DNA of 63,505 nt, counting the filler, from Octopus bimaculoides (taxonomy: Eukaryota), in NCBI RefSeq assembly GCF_001194135.2. It is 4 parts of 4 records of this genome, joined end to end, with 100 filler letters (N's around TTAATTAATTAA, not from the genome) between each part and the next. Parts side by side here need not be neighbours in the genome. Positions count along the whole stretch, not along the records: positions 1 to 28,445 come from NC_068992.1; 3 more parts are not named here. One strand, 5' to 3'. Each line of letters starts with the position of its first letter. Within the stretch, counting starts at the first letter, position 1. The notes beneath the pieces were generated by a model that was not told the DNA's origin, made no database searches, and saw only the letters and a list, made by a program, of their open reading frames with translations. Shown in pieces: positions 10,690 to 23,289 of this stretch. The translations under genes were made by a program, and so were the position numbers.

Positions 10690-11585
10690 CTCAATAATAA
10701 CATTTATCTCCATATATACCTTATAGTTAGGATTGATAGACAACCAGAATAAGCAGTTCTACAAGACCCCTTCTGCAAACTACTTCAAGAAAGATTGACA
10801 GTGACTTCATTGTTATGGCTGGTGACCTTAATAGATATGTTGGTCAACTCTATAATGGCTTCCATGATGTCCATGGAGGCTATGGCTTTGGTACAAGGCA
10901 TGAGGAGGTTTTAAAGATATTGGATTTCTGTGACATAACAACACACATCAAGAAGCCAGCCAGTCTCCTCATCACCAACCAATTTAGCTAACACACAAAT
11001 CAGATAGATTTCATTTTTACTATGAAACACATGAGGCAGACCATTGTAATATCAAAGTCTTTCCTTGTGAAGAATGCACTACCCAACATGGATTAAAAGC
11101 AAGCAACTCAGAATCAGAGTTAGACACATGCAGAAGTAGAAGACAATATTAAGAAGAAAGACATGGTTGCTAAAGGAACATGTAGTCTGATGTAAGTAGA
11201 AGGGGAGAGTTTGATATTTATAGCATAGAAGACAACTGACAGTTCCAACAGGATAACCTGCTGAGGCTTACAGATCAGATGTGAAGCTAGAGCAAGGTCC
11301 TGACCAGACCAAAGGTGACATAGTAGCGGGATAACACAGCAGATAAAGCTGACTTAGAAAGTGAGGTTTAGAAAGTCTGAGAAGAAGGTGGAAGTAAAGT
11401 GCATTACCAAGTAGCTAGAGTGTATAAAGAGAAATCAAGTGTAGTGTGCATGAAAGAAGATTGCACATGTGATGACCATTGCTGAGAACTCCAAGTTAAT
11501 GGAACTCATGGAAGAAAGAAACCAAGAAAAACTTTGGATGAAGTGGTGAAGGCTGATCTGAAGATGCTGCATCTCACAGAGGAGG
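10690..11585 (+). mobile_element. Degraded RTE LINE (APE endonuclease + C-terminus, RT deleted)
   Basis: MAGDLNRYVG...DVHGGYGFGTRHEEVLKILDFCD, QIDFIF, and terminal KPRKTLDEVVKADL homologous to the RTE at 14-17 kb. Confidence 0.75.
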
Positions 11586-12084
11586 GCTGAGATGCTTTTT
11601 ATTTTGCCAAGAATACAACATACTTTTTGTTGCCTCCTTCCCTTTAAGTCCTTTGACTCTCCCCACCACTCTCACCTCCATCAGTTCACCTTCATTCCTC
11701 CACTAGGCCTCTATGTAAGAGACTGCATACATCTGCTCTCATCCTCTCACTAGGCTAATGTATAAGAGACAACATTAAGTCATCCATATGCCTCTATACT
11801 TCTTTCTCTTAGTTCATCTCCCTTGCCCTCATTACCCTTCTTAACTACCAGCTGTCACACTCTTCCCATTGCCTAAGAACCACTTTTTTTTTTTACCCCT
11901 GTCACCTTTGTTTTAACACTCACTTTTACCTTTGTCAACCTACACTGTTTTAAATAACTGCTTATATCAAAATACCATCCTGCCATCCAAATGCTTCTGA
12001 CATTATTGATCACTCTTCTAATCCTTCCTTGGTCACCTGAGCAAATGTACATGCCCTTTATCAACCCCTCATGTTAATACATGA

Positions 12085-12250
12085 AAAGTGCACCCAGTGC
12101 ACTCTGTAGTGGTTGGCAATAAGAATGACATCTAGTTGTAAAAACCAAACCAAATGACACCTACAAAAATCAATGGGAGATTACTCGGGCAAAAGGTCCA
12201 TCCAACCCATGCCAGCTTGGAAAGTGGACAAAATAATGATGATGGTGATG
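12085..12250 (+). mobile_element. RTE-family 3' terminal fragment with (GAT)n tail
   Basis: CACCCAGTGCACTCTGTAGTGGTTGGC...CCAACCCATGCCAGCTTGGAAAG..GATGATGAT aligns with 16780-16956. Confidence 0.7.
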
Positions 12251-13076
12251 AGGTTGATGCTGTTGTTACTGACACTGATGCCGACTATGACACCAATACC
12301 AACAACACTAACATTGATGCAGGCACCACCACTGCTGGCAACAATGACAATGGCAGCAACAATGATGATATGTGATCATTGAAATTATAGAAATAATGGA
12401 GGCACTTACTTTGCCTTGTCTTTTCTGTGAAATCAAAGGTAGTTGTATGCCATAAGTGTCATAAAGTATATGGCGATTTTTTGCATGGAAAGGGTCAATG
12501 GCAGCTTGAAATGCAAGCTGCTGCTTTAGCTGAAATAAATAGAATTAGAGTGTACAGTATATGATCATCTAACAAATGAACTATACTGTAGTTTAAATAT
12601 AAAAAAGAATATAAATTCCTCCTATAGTCATAAAGAGAAAAATTAAACTGTAAAACTTTAAAATAAAATATTGCAGACAGTCTTTGTACTGTCTACGACA
12701 GCTATTAAATATATCTGAAATAATCATTACTTTAAGTAAATAACAAATTACTCAAAACAAAATGTTGATGATCTCTCAGAAAAAAACATCAAGAATTATA
12801 CCAAATCAAACAGAAGAACTTTTGATTGAAAACTAATTCTTAGGCAGTAGTTAGTTAAATGAGACAAGATTTAAACAAAACAAAAACTAAAATTATCTTT
12901 TTCTAGTATTTCTTTTGTGTTGAAAGTGAAATTTTCAATTGTTATTAATTTTAATTTTGTTATTATTGTTTTAACATAAGGGCAGTAGACTGGTAAAATT
13001 AGTAGTGCATTGAGCAAAATAAACATGGTTTAGCAAAATCAGTAGATCATGGACAAAACACACATTGATTAACTGT

Positions 13077-13274
13077 TGTAATCCTTTGTCTGTTATAACA
13101 CCCACTCCAGTATAGCAGTATAGTTAGTTAAGCAAGTAAGACCACAACTATCTATGACTGTCTACTTCGTCTTCTCTACCCATACTGACACTGACTGACA
13201 GTATTTTTAATGACTACCACATACCACTCATGATATGGGAGGGGTGTACCATTATTACTATTATCCCCATAACA
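13077..13274 (-). repeat. 3' LTR of the Mag-like element
   Basis: TGTTATG...TACA, preceded by the PPT at 13275-13285; about 14 substitutions and 2 indels versus the 5' LTR over ~155 bp (manual alignment). Confidence 0.88.
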
Positions 13275-14080
13275 TCTCCTCTTTTAAGTTTTTCTTTTTT
13301 TCTTAGGGAGTGTAATTTTATTTCTTTTAATAGTAATAATTTTTACATCACCCCACCTCCCTGTTTTGAGTTTTTTTATTTTTTTTATACAGTTACACAT
13401 TTAATATCTTTTCATTTGGCATTCACTTCCAGGAATTCCATACATTTTCTTTTTTCTTACGCTTGTGCATTTGGGTTCAATTATCTGTAGTGGCATTGGT
13501 ACTTAAAAAGTGTCATAAAACCATTCTACAGGTTCTTCTATTCTCTTGGGTTCGCTTTCAATGAATCTTTTTTTCAGTTGGTTCATGTGTCTTTTGTATA
13601 CCTTTTTCCTTATTTTTACCAAGTATAGCATTTTTTCTGTGTTTGGTAATCACACCATTCTTTCCAAATTTGTTCTCCATTCTCATATACCCTAACAAAT
13701 TACCTTTACACTAATTTTGAAATATCTTGCTGTATTATTTGTTGTAAGTTTTCCTTTCTTGCCAGGTAGCAATTTGTCAAAGACTGATTTTATTTTCCTC
13801 GCATACATCAACTCTGCTGGTGACATACCTGCTGTTGTTTTTGGATTTGGCATCACATGGTATACTCTTCAGAATTGTTTTAGAGCTACCTTATCCATGA
13901 CTTTCTTAAGGCTCTCTTGGATGTATCGATAGAGAGTTCTGCATGTCCATGGCTCACAGTCTTTCGGTATTAGGCTGGACAACCATCCGCGTGCCCTAGT
14001 TTTTTTTGACGATAAAAATTCCATTTTGTAGTCATAATTCAATAATGTAGTGCCCCATTGCTGTAGTCAATTCACTGCAA

Positions 14081-16956
14081 AAGGACAGAGATTTAGAGAC
14101 TTATTACTTGAAGCCTTTGACGAAATAGAAGAGGATATAGCTTCACACAATGTAGAAGACAACTGGAGGTTTCTACAGGACAACCTGCTGAGGGCCACTG
14201 ATCAGATCTGTGGCTGGTGCAAAGTCCCCTCTCGACCCAAAGTAACGTCGTGGTGGAACAATATGGTTGACAGGGCTATTAGACAAAAGAAACAGGCTTG
14301 GAAGGACTGGAAGAACGGTGGTAGCAGGGAATTGTATCAGACTGCCAGAAGGGAAACTAGGAGACAGGTTTATTTAGCCAGAGGGGAAGCAGATAAGAAT
14401 AAATTTGCCAATGTTCTGCACCGTGAGGATCAAAGACTTGAGGTATTTCATGTTGCAAGACAGTGTGTGAGAGAGAACCGTGATGTCATAGGAGAGAAAT
14501 GCGTTCGCATGGATGATGGGTACACTTGCACGAAACAAGGCTGCAAAGAAAGAGGTTTGGAGACGCCACTACGAAAGGTTGCTCAATAAAGAGAATGAAT
14601 AGGACAAAGAGAGTCTGCCGAACGTGGACCTAGCAGAGGTACCAGCTATCTGAGTTGACAGTATCATGGTAGATAAAGCAATTAAAAGTATGAAGACAGG
14701 GAAAGCCCCCAGCCCATCAGGAATCAATGCAGAGATGCTCAAAATATCTGGCAGTGTCGGCTATAGCCTAGTCACGCATATAGTTAACCAGGTGATACAC
14801 GAAGGAGTTATACACAATGACTGGTGTAGCAGCACCATAGTCAACTGCTACAAAGGTAAAGGTGATGCTTTAGATACAAATAATTACAGAGGTATCAAGT
14901 TGTTAGATCAGGTAATGAAAGTCACAGAGAAGGTCATAGCCCAACTAATTAGGGAGAGAGTCAGTTTAGATGAGATGCAGTTTGGGTTCGTGCCAGGGAA
15001 AAGCACCACAGATGCTATATTTCTGGTAAGACAGCTGCAGGAGAAATACCTAGCCAAAGATAAACCTCTGTACCTGGCTTTCGTTGACATGGAGAAAGCC
15101 TTTGACAGGCTCCCCCGATCCCTTATCTGGTGGTCAATGAGGAAAGTAGGGATAGAAGAATGGTTAGTGAGAGCTGTGCGAGCCACATACAGAGACGCTG
15201 TCAGTAAGGTGAGGGTTGGCAACGAGTACAGTGAAGAATTCCGAGTAGAGGTAGGGGCCGACCAAGGTTCAGTCCTCATCCCCTGCCCATTTATCATAGC
15301 CCTCCAGGCAATAACACAGGAATTCAAGACAGGTTGCCCCTGGGAGCTCCTCTATGCTTATGACCCTGCGCTAATTCCTGAGTCACTATCAGAACTAGAG
15401 GAGAAGTTTCAGGTGTGGAAGTAAGGACTAGAATCGAAGGGCCTTAGAGTCAACCTAGCTAAAACCAAAGTACTAATAAGTAGGAAGATAGACAAAACAC
15501 AAACCCCTTCAGGTAAATGACCCTGCTCGATCTGTAGAAAAGGCATAGGTAGAAACTCTATAAGATGTACCCAGTGTAAGCTATGGACACATAAGAGGTG
15601 CAGCAATATCAAAGGAAGGTTAACTAGGAAGTTAGTTTTTGTATGTGGCAGATGTTCAGGAGCAATAAACACTCAAAATGTGCAGAAAACAACTTTTCCC
15701 ACATTCCAGGGAGAAAAACTAGACATAGTTGATAGCTATCGCTATCTAGGTGACCAAGTTAGTAGTGGGGGAGGGTGCGCTGAAAGTGTAGCTGCTAGAA
15801 TAAGAATAGCCTGGGAAAAGTTCAGAGAGCTCTTACCTCCGCTGGTGACAAAGGGATTCTCACTCAGAGTAAAAGGTAGACTGTATGACGCATGTGTACG
15901 AACAGCCATGCTACATGGCAGTGAAACATGAGCTGTGACTGCTGAGGACATGCATAAGGTTGCAAGGAATGAAGTCAGTATGCTCCAATGGATGTGTAAT
16001 GTCAGTGTGCATACTCGACAGTGTGTAAGTACCTTGAGAGAAAAGTTGAACCTAAGAAGCATCAGTTGTAGTGTGCAAGAGAGACGATTGTGCCGGTATG
16101 GTCGTGTGGTGAGAATGTATGAGGATAGCTGTGTGAAAAAGTGCCACACCCTAGTGGTTGAGGGAACCTGTGGAAGAGGTAGACCCAGGAAGACCTGGGA
16201 TGAGGTTGTGAAGCACGACCTTTGAACATTAGGCCTCACCATGGCAATGACTTCTGACCGAGACCTTTGGAAATATGCTGTGCATAAGAAGACCCGGCAA
16301 GCCAAGTGAGACCATAATCCAGGGGTGTAGCCAGCCCACTTATGTGTACCATTCCTTCATTGGATACTAAACTCAGCTTGCGAAGACCTGTTGAGGCAAG
16401 TGAAATCAAAATCGAACTAAATTTGACAACTGGCACCCATGCCAACGTCTCCTTCATTGGACACTGAACTTGGCTTGCGCAGACCTGTTGGGGCAAGTGA
16501 AAGCGAAATCATGATGGCACCTGTACCAGTGGAGCACTAAGAGCACTGTCCGAGCGTGATCTTTGCCAGAGCAGCTGTCTGGCTTCCGTGCCAGTGGCAT
16601 GTAAATAGCACCATTTGAGCGTGATCGTTACCAGTGGTGGCATGTGAAAAGACATTCAAGCGAGGTCGTTGCCAGTGCCACTGGACTGGCTCCTGTGCAG
16701 GTGGCACATAAAATACACCATTTTGAGCGTGGCCATTGCCAGTACCGCCTGACTGGCCTTCGTGCGGGTGACACGTAAAAGCACCCACTACACTCTCAGA
16801 GTGGTTGGCATCAGGAAGGGCATCCAGCTGTAGAAACTCTGCCAAATCAGATTGGAGCCTGGTGTAGCCATCCGATTCACCAGTCCTCAGTCAAATCGAC
16901 CAACCCATGCTAGCATGGAAAGCAGACATTAAACGATGATGATGATGATGATGATG
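14081..16956 (+). mobile_element. RTE-clade LINE, 5'-truncated, ORF2 pseudogene with RT and PHD-like finger, (GAT)n tail
   Basis: KGKGDALDTNNYRGIKLL, QFGFVPGKSTTDAIF, FVDMEKAFDRLPR, DQGSVL, LLYAYD (decayed YADD), GRGRPRKTWDEVVKHDL; scattered stops. Confidence 0.96.
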
Positions 16957-19283
16957 TTGGTATTCCTTTTTTAGAACTGTATATTGACAGTAGTTGACAA
17001 TGCTCTGTTTGTAGACGGAAACTTCATCCATGAATAAATCTCTGGAATTTTTTCACACCGTATATGATTGTTAATGCTTCCTTTTCTACCTAACTATAGT
17101 TACTTTCAGCTGGTAATAACAATCATGATGCATAGGCTATAGCCTTTTTACTCCCATCATCGTATTTGTGCAGAAGCATGGCTCCTACACTGCAATCACT
17201 TGCATCTGTAGCCAATATAATATCCAATTAATGATAAGTCTGATGTTAAAATGTTTTTTAACTTGTTAAATGCCTTCTGACATTTACCAACCCAGCACCA
17301 TTATGTATTTTTCTTTAACAGATCATTTAGCAAGGGGGTCCTTACATTATGTATATTGAGAATGTAATTTGATAGTAAGCTAATAAATTCAAAAATGCAT
17401 GTAGCATAGTCACAGTATTCGGAGTGGGTATATTTTTTATTGTTGTTGCTCTGGATGGATCTGGTTACCATCTGTTTTTATCTATCATCTGACCCAAGTA
17501 TTTAATCTTTTGCAGAAAAAACTCGCATTTTTCTTCCATTCACTTGAAACCATATTCTCTTACCTTTTCGAATACCCTTTTAATGTATTCTACATGTTGT
17601 TCATGTGATTTTTATTAGGATATCATCTAAATAAGTGATAGCAAAATCACAGTCACCCAGTGTTGTATCTATTACTTGCTGAAATACAGGAGTTACTTTA
17701 GCTGCATAAATTTAGATAAGCCACACTGTGTATTAATGTTTAATAAGTGTGAGCATTCTTCTTCTACTTGGATTTCTAGATATGCCTCCAAGAGGTCTAA
17801 TTTTGAGAATTTCCCTCCATTCAATTTTGTGAACACTTCCTCAGGACTCAGCAATAGGTCACTATATGAGATTAAACAATCATTGAATCCTGTTGAAAAA
17901 TCTGCACAAACTCTTATTTTTCTTTTTTATGTAGACCATAGGTGCTGCCCAGTCTGAGTGGTCCATCTTCTTGATTATTCCTAGACTTTCAAATCTTTCA
18001 ATTTCCTTATTTACCTGTTCTATTACTGCAAATGGTACAGGTGTAGCACTTTATTTTACTACAATCAATTTTGCCTTTGTTTTCTTCCAAGAAAATATCT
18101 GGAAATAAATGTTTAATTTTTTGTCCCTCAGCTGCATTTGAACCTTCAACTGAACTGACTATATTTCCACAAAAACACTTATGGGCATATTCCACAATTT
18201 GAATAGTTCCATCCACTCTGTGCTAAATGAATTAACTGAATTTTTTAACACAAAACTTTTGCCATTTTCATTTGGTTGCGAAATGTTATGTTACACACAA
18301 ATTCACCAACAAAATACAATCTTTTCCCCTTAACACCATATGCAACTTTTGTAGATTTACTTAATTTGGGCTTACCGATATACTTTCTTCATTTACAATG
18401 GTAATATTACTTTCATCACCTGGTCCAGCAATCTGATGCGTCTGTAATTATTTTGTAATATCACTTCCAGTGTCTAACTGCATTTTTACTCTTATATGTT
18501 CAATTTTCACATTTACAAATTTCCTCTTTGTTATATTACCATTTTCTTTCAACATCTTGCTTATTCTTTTTTTCTTTGTCCCAACATTTTGTTATCTTCA
18601 TTTTACATGTATCCAATTTTTCCACAAAGGAAACATTCCACTTTCTTAAATGGGCAGTTTTTTTCTCAGGTGTAGACCTCCACATGTAAAACATGGGTTT
18701 ATTTCCTGAATTTTGTCCTGTTTGTATGGCATTTTAGTACACACTTGATTTCTATTCTGCCTGTTTTGTATTTTCCGATGCACTTGTTTCACTTCAGAGC
18801 AATTTTACGTTTGATTTTCTCTGTGTTGTGTCTCAAATTTATTATTCTTTCACACTCTTCTAGCAGATGTTGTAAGATTACCACTTGGTTTTGTTCCAAC
18901 TTAGTGAATACTAGTTCTTACTTCTGCATCTTTCTCTGCATTTAGTCCCTGAGTCAGGCACTTGAACATATCTGGCATTAATTCATCCAATTTGAACTTT
19001 TCACATTCCCTACTAACTCTACCAGCATATGTGATGTAGTCCTCCTTGTTCTTTTCTAGGTTCAAACATTTCCAGCATGTATTGAACAAGCTTTTCTCAC
19101 TAAAAATTTTACACAATATGTTTACTGTATCTTTAAAGTATATGTCAGAAGGTTCTTTCGGGTGTATGTAATTGCTGTAAAGCTCATGTTCTCCTGTTGC
19201 CAGTTTTCTCAAGATTAAATGCATTTTCATATCATCGTCCCAATCTTTGCACTCTTTATTGAAGATTTGTTCACATCTTCTAT

Positions 19284-19620
19284 GAGAAGCACTCCATTGG
19301 TTATGATGATGAGAGTCCCAGCTGATATGATCAATGGAACAGCCTGCTCATGAAATTAACGTGCAAGTGACTGAGCAATCCACAGACACATGTACCCCCA
19401 ACGTAGTTCTCAGGGAGACTCAATGTGACACATAGAGTGACAAGGCTGGCCCTTTGAAATACAGGTACTATTCATTTTTGACAGCTGAGTGGACTGGAGC
19501 AACATGAAAAAAAGTGTCTTGCTCAAGGACACTACGCATCGCCTGGAATCAAACTCACAACCTTACGATCGTGAGCCGAATGCCCTAACCACTAAGCTAC
19601 ACGCCTTCACAATCTTCACT
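19284..19620 (-). mobile_element. tRNA-derived CORE-like SINE, family C, full length, inserted in Mag gag
   Basis: A-box TAGCTTAGTGG, B-box GAGTTTGATTCC, GTGTCCTTGAGCAAGACAC core; 9-bp TSD ATCTTCTAT at 19275-19283 and 19621-19629. Confidence 0.9.
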
Positions 19621-19975
19621 ATCTTCTATAGTATGCCTTGAAGGTAACTCCTTTATCTGGTTCATACTAAAGGTGTTATTGAGTTCACAACATGATCCAG
19701 CGAGAACATCTTTCCAGCATTTTCTGATGACTTACTATTCATTAATTGTAGCATTTGTTGCTGTAATAGTAATTGTTGTTGTTGTTACTTCAGCTGTTGT
19801 TCTTGCAGTTGCTGTTGTTGTCATTTTTGCAATTCAAGCAAACTGACTGACAATTTTTCCATAATTTTACAATTTTGTATACCGTAAAATTCACACAAAA
19901 AACTTTTGTGAGTTTCATAACTCCTTGTGAGTTTGTTAATTCCTTGTGAGTTTGTTAATTCCTCATTGCCACTAA

Positions 19976-20140
19976 TGTAATCCTTTTGTCTGACTGTTAT
20001 AATGCCCACTCTAGTATGGCAGTATAGTTAGTTAGACAAGTAAGACCACAACTATCTATGACTGTCTACTTTGTACTCTCTACCCATACTGACACTGTCT
20101 GACCGTATTTATAATGACTATCACACACCACTCATCACGA
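19976..20140 (-). repeat. 5' LTR of the Mag-like element (outer ~45 bp missing)
   Basis: Direct repeat of 13077-13232; PBS begins 4 nt after its end; similarity stops where a SINE A fragment starts. Confidence 0.88.
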
Positions 20141-20215
20141 GGGTTGATTTTGCCTTTAATCCTTCTGGGGCCATTAAAAAAAGGAAATACAAGTAGGAAC
20201 TAAGGTCAATTTAAA
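20140..20215 (+). mobile_element. SINE family A fragment, degraded
   Basis: GGGTTGATTTTGCCTTTAATCCTTCTGGGG resembles GAGGTCGACTTTGCCTTTCATCCTTTCGGGG. Confidence 0.55.
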
Positions 20216-20549
20216 TAACTGTTCCTTTACACAAAGTTTGTCATCTTCTGCCTAAATTATTACACCCTGGTGCATAACCCATTGTTTTATGCCCAGAAAA
20301 AGTAATACTTTGTTTCACTGAAATGTATTACTGAACAAAGAATTAAGAAAAAGAAGGACACACAGACAGACAGACAAGTAGAGTGATAGAAAGTGGGGAG
20401 TTGTAAGCCAAACCAGAAGCTATGTTACAAACAGATTTCACAAAAATTATAATCATGATAGCTGGCACCAAAGGCCCCAGATTTATTGCAAGGAGGAAAT
20501 GAAATATGATTTTCATACCTATTTCAAAGGCTTTACTAATGCAAGACTC

Positions 20550-22477
20550 ATACAAACTGGAGATGAAGACAGGAAAATCCCCTGGTCCATCAGGAATCAC
20601 CCCTGAGATGCTTACAATAACGGGCAGAGTAAGAAATAGCCTAGCCACATGTATAGTTAATCAGGTTGTCCACAAGAGAGTCATAACCAACAATTGGTGT
20701 AACAACATTATAGTTAACTGCTACAAAGGCAAAGGTAATACCTTAGATAAAAATAATTACAGAGGCATCAAATTGCTGGACCAGGTGATAAAAGTCACAG
20801 AAAGGGTTTTAGCCCAATTAATTAGGAAAAGAGTTAGCACAGATGAAATGCAGTTTAGATTTGCGCCAGGTAGGAGCATGACTGATACTATATTCCTGGT
20901 TAGGCAACTGCAGGAGAAGTATTTAGCCAAAAATAAACCTCTGTACTTGGCTCTTGTCAACATGCAGAAAGCCTTTGACAGTGTCACCTGCTCCCTCATC
21001 TGGTGGTCAATGTGGAAGCTAGGGATAGATGAGTGGTTAGTGACAGCAGTACAAGCCATGTACAGGGATGCTGCCAGTAAGATGAAGGTTGAGAATGAGT
21101 ATAGCAAGGAATTCAGTGTACAGGCAGGAGTTCACCAAGGTTCATTTCTCAGTCCCCTCTTGTTTATTTTAGTCCTCCAAGCCTTAACAGAGGAATTCAA
21201 GACTGGCTGTCCTGGGGAGCTCCTCTATGCTGATGACCTTGTTCTTATAGCTGAATCACTACCTGACCTAGAGAAGACATTTCAGGTGTGGAAACAAGGC
21301 CCGGAGTCTATGGGTCTTAGAGTTAATTTAGCAAAAACCGAAGTCCTAGTAAGTAGGAAAACAGACAAATCATAAGTCCCTTCAGGGAGATGGCCCTGAT
21401 CGATATATAAGAAGGATGCTGGTAGAAACTTCATATGTTGTGCCCAGTGCAAGCTTTGGATACATAAGAGGTGTAGTGGTATCACAGGAAGGTTAACAGA
21501 GAATATAGCCTTTGAATGTGGCAAATATGCAGGTACAATAAGCACTAAAAATGCGCAGACAAGAGAATCCCTCAAATGCTTGGGAGGATCATTTGAAGTA
21601 GTAGATAGCTTCTGTTATCTAGGAGACCAAGTTAGCAGTGAAGGAGGCAGTTCTAAAAGTGTAGTTGCTAGAATAAGTATGGGCTGGGCAAAGTTCAGAG
21701 AGCTTCTAACTTTGGTGGTAACAAAAGGCCTCTCCCTCAAAGTGAAAGGCAGATTATACAATGCCTGTGTGCATACAGTTATGTTACATGGTAGTGAAAC
21801 ATGGGCTTCAACTACAGAGAACTTGTGAAGGCTTCAAAGGAATGAAGCTATCATGCTCCACTGAATGGGTAATGTCACTGTGCATGCACAACAGGGTGTA
21901 AATGATTTAAGAGGAAAACTAAGTATAAGAGGCATCAGATGTTGTGTGCAAGAGAGGAGACTGCACTAGTTTGGTCATGTGATGAGTATAGATGAGGTCA
22001 GCTGCATAAAAAAGTGCTGAGACTTAATCATAGAGGATACCTGTAGAAGGGGTAGATCCAAGAAGAAGTGGGATGAAGTAAAAAGAAAGAATCTTCAGAC
22101 ACTGGGCCTCAATGAGGAAATAACAAGGGACCAGGAGATGTGGTGATTTGCTGTACTTCAAAAGAAGCATCAAGCTAAGTAAAATCACTGTCTTCCATAT
22201 ATACATACAAGCTTGTTCTTTCACATAAAAAGTACCTATACTGGTGCTGCATAAATGTACCTGTGCTGGTGTTGCACAAGTGCACCCATGCAGGTGGCAT
22301 GTACAAAGCACCTGGTATATTCTGTTAAGTGGTTGGCACTACGAAGAGCATCCAGCCATAGAAATCATGCCACAACAGAAAATTGGAGCCTGGACAGCTC
22401 CCCAGCTGGCTAGCTCTGTGTCAAACCGTCCAGCATGGAAAACAGATATTAAATGTTGATAATGATCATCATCATCA
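20550..22477 (+). mobile_element. Second RTE-clade LINE, 5'-truncated, related subfamily
   Basis: ORF 20506-21375 with NYRGIKLL, HQGSFLSPLLF and LLYADDL; decayed PHD-like finger; different 3' UTR but the same terminal ~150 bp; GAT/CAT tail. Confidence 0.95.
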
Positions 22478-22917
22478 TTTTACTGTTTTCTTCCTTTCCT
22501 TCTATCTTTCTCATTATCTATTTTATCTATTTATTTATTCTTCTTTCTTTCTCTTAACTTTTTTTTCTTGTCTGACCTACATATTTCAAGTCATATGCAA
22601 TTCTATTCCTTTAATTGGTTTTGAATCTTTTCACTAACACTATCTTTTCCTGAACACTGAAAAAATTATTTTACTTTTCTTTCCACTATATTTAAATATA
22701 TGACTATAAGTTCCTAAATAGACTCATAACAGAGGCTGGTTTGAGATCTGAACAAGCAGACACCTCTGATGATTGCAAGTTCTCCTCTAGTGAAACCATT
22801 CAGCTCATATTTCATTATATAAAAATGTTCACCTCTGTTTTGTATACTGAGTACATTATTTCACACATGGATGTGTGTATGCATGTATATGTATACATGC
22901 ACATACATATGCACAAA

Positions 22918-23160
22918 TGTATGTATGTCATTATTCAGTTTATTTCATGATTTCTTGCCAATAGAGAAAGAACCAGTTTCAAGCCTAGATCCAAGGCTCC
23001 TTCATGGGAATATCAATATCAACAACAGGGTATATTTGTATGTATGTATGTCATTATTCAGTTTATTTCAAGATTTCTTGCCAATAGAGAAAGAACTAGT
23101 TTCTAAACTCGATCCAAGGCTCTTTCATTGGAATTTCAACATCAACAACAGGGTATTTTT
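22918..23160 (-). repeat. Tandem duplication of a ~120-bp unit carrying AATAAA and an ACAT tail (minus strand)
   Basis: Two near-identical units starting TGTATGTATGTCATTATTCAGTTTATTTC. Confidence 0.9.
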
Positions 23161-23289
23161 GTATGTATGTATGTATGAATGTATGTACGTATGTACGTAT
23201 GTATGTATGTATGTATGTATGCATGTATGTATGTATGTATTTATGTATGTATGCATGTATGTATGTGCAGATTTGTATGTTTTATGTAT

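Larger units (their letters stand above)
13077..20140 (-). mobile_element. Mag-clade-like Ty3/Gypsy LTR retrotransposon, degenerate, interrupted by an RTE LINE and SINEs
   Basis: Two LTRs; PBS TGGCAATGAGGA; gag LILRKLATGEHELYSNYIHPKEP; twin knuckles CFTCGGLHLRKNC/CFLCGKIG; protease QLDTGSD (~18470); RT YLDDILI (~17625); RNase H ATDASD and EKEALTIIYGVKKF; integrase tail TTAGMSPAELMYARKIKSVFD...KRHMNQLKKR; PPT AAAAGAGGAGA. Confidence 0.92.

Noticed and set aside
16520-16790. Repeat-spacer-like pattern as a CRISPR array
   Set aside because: Eukaryotic LINE UTR; the repeats are degenerate, spacing is irregular, and there are no cas genes
14908-21107. Antisense ORFs 14908-15327, 15742-16305 and 20757-21107
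   Set aside because: Shadow frames of RTE reverse transcriptase
14590-22150. Several TGG>TAG/TGA stops in the RTE copies as APOBEC-like hypermutation
   Set aside because: Trp codons are the commonest route to stops; about five events without a consensus cannot show context bias
22760-22810. CTGATGA...GAAAC as a hammerhead
   Set aside because: Core words are present but there is no stem II, stem I or GUH triplet pairing
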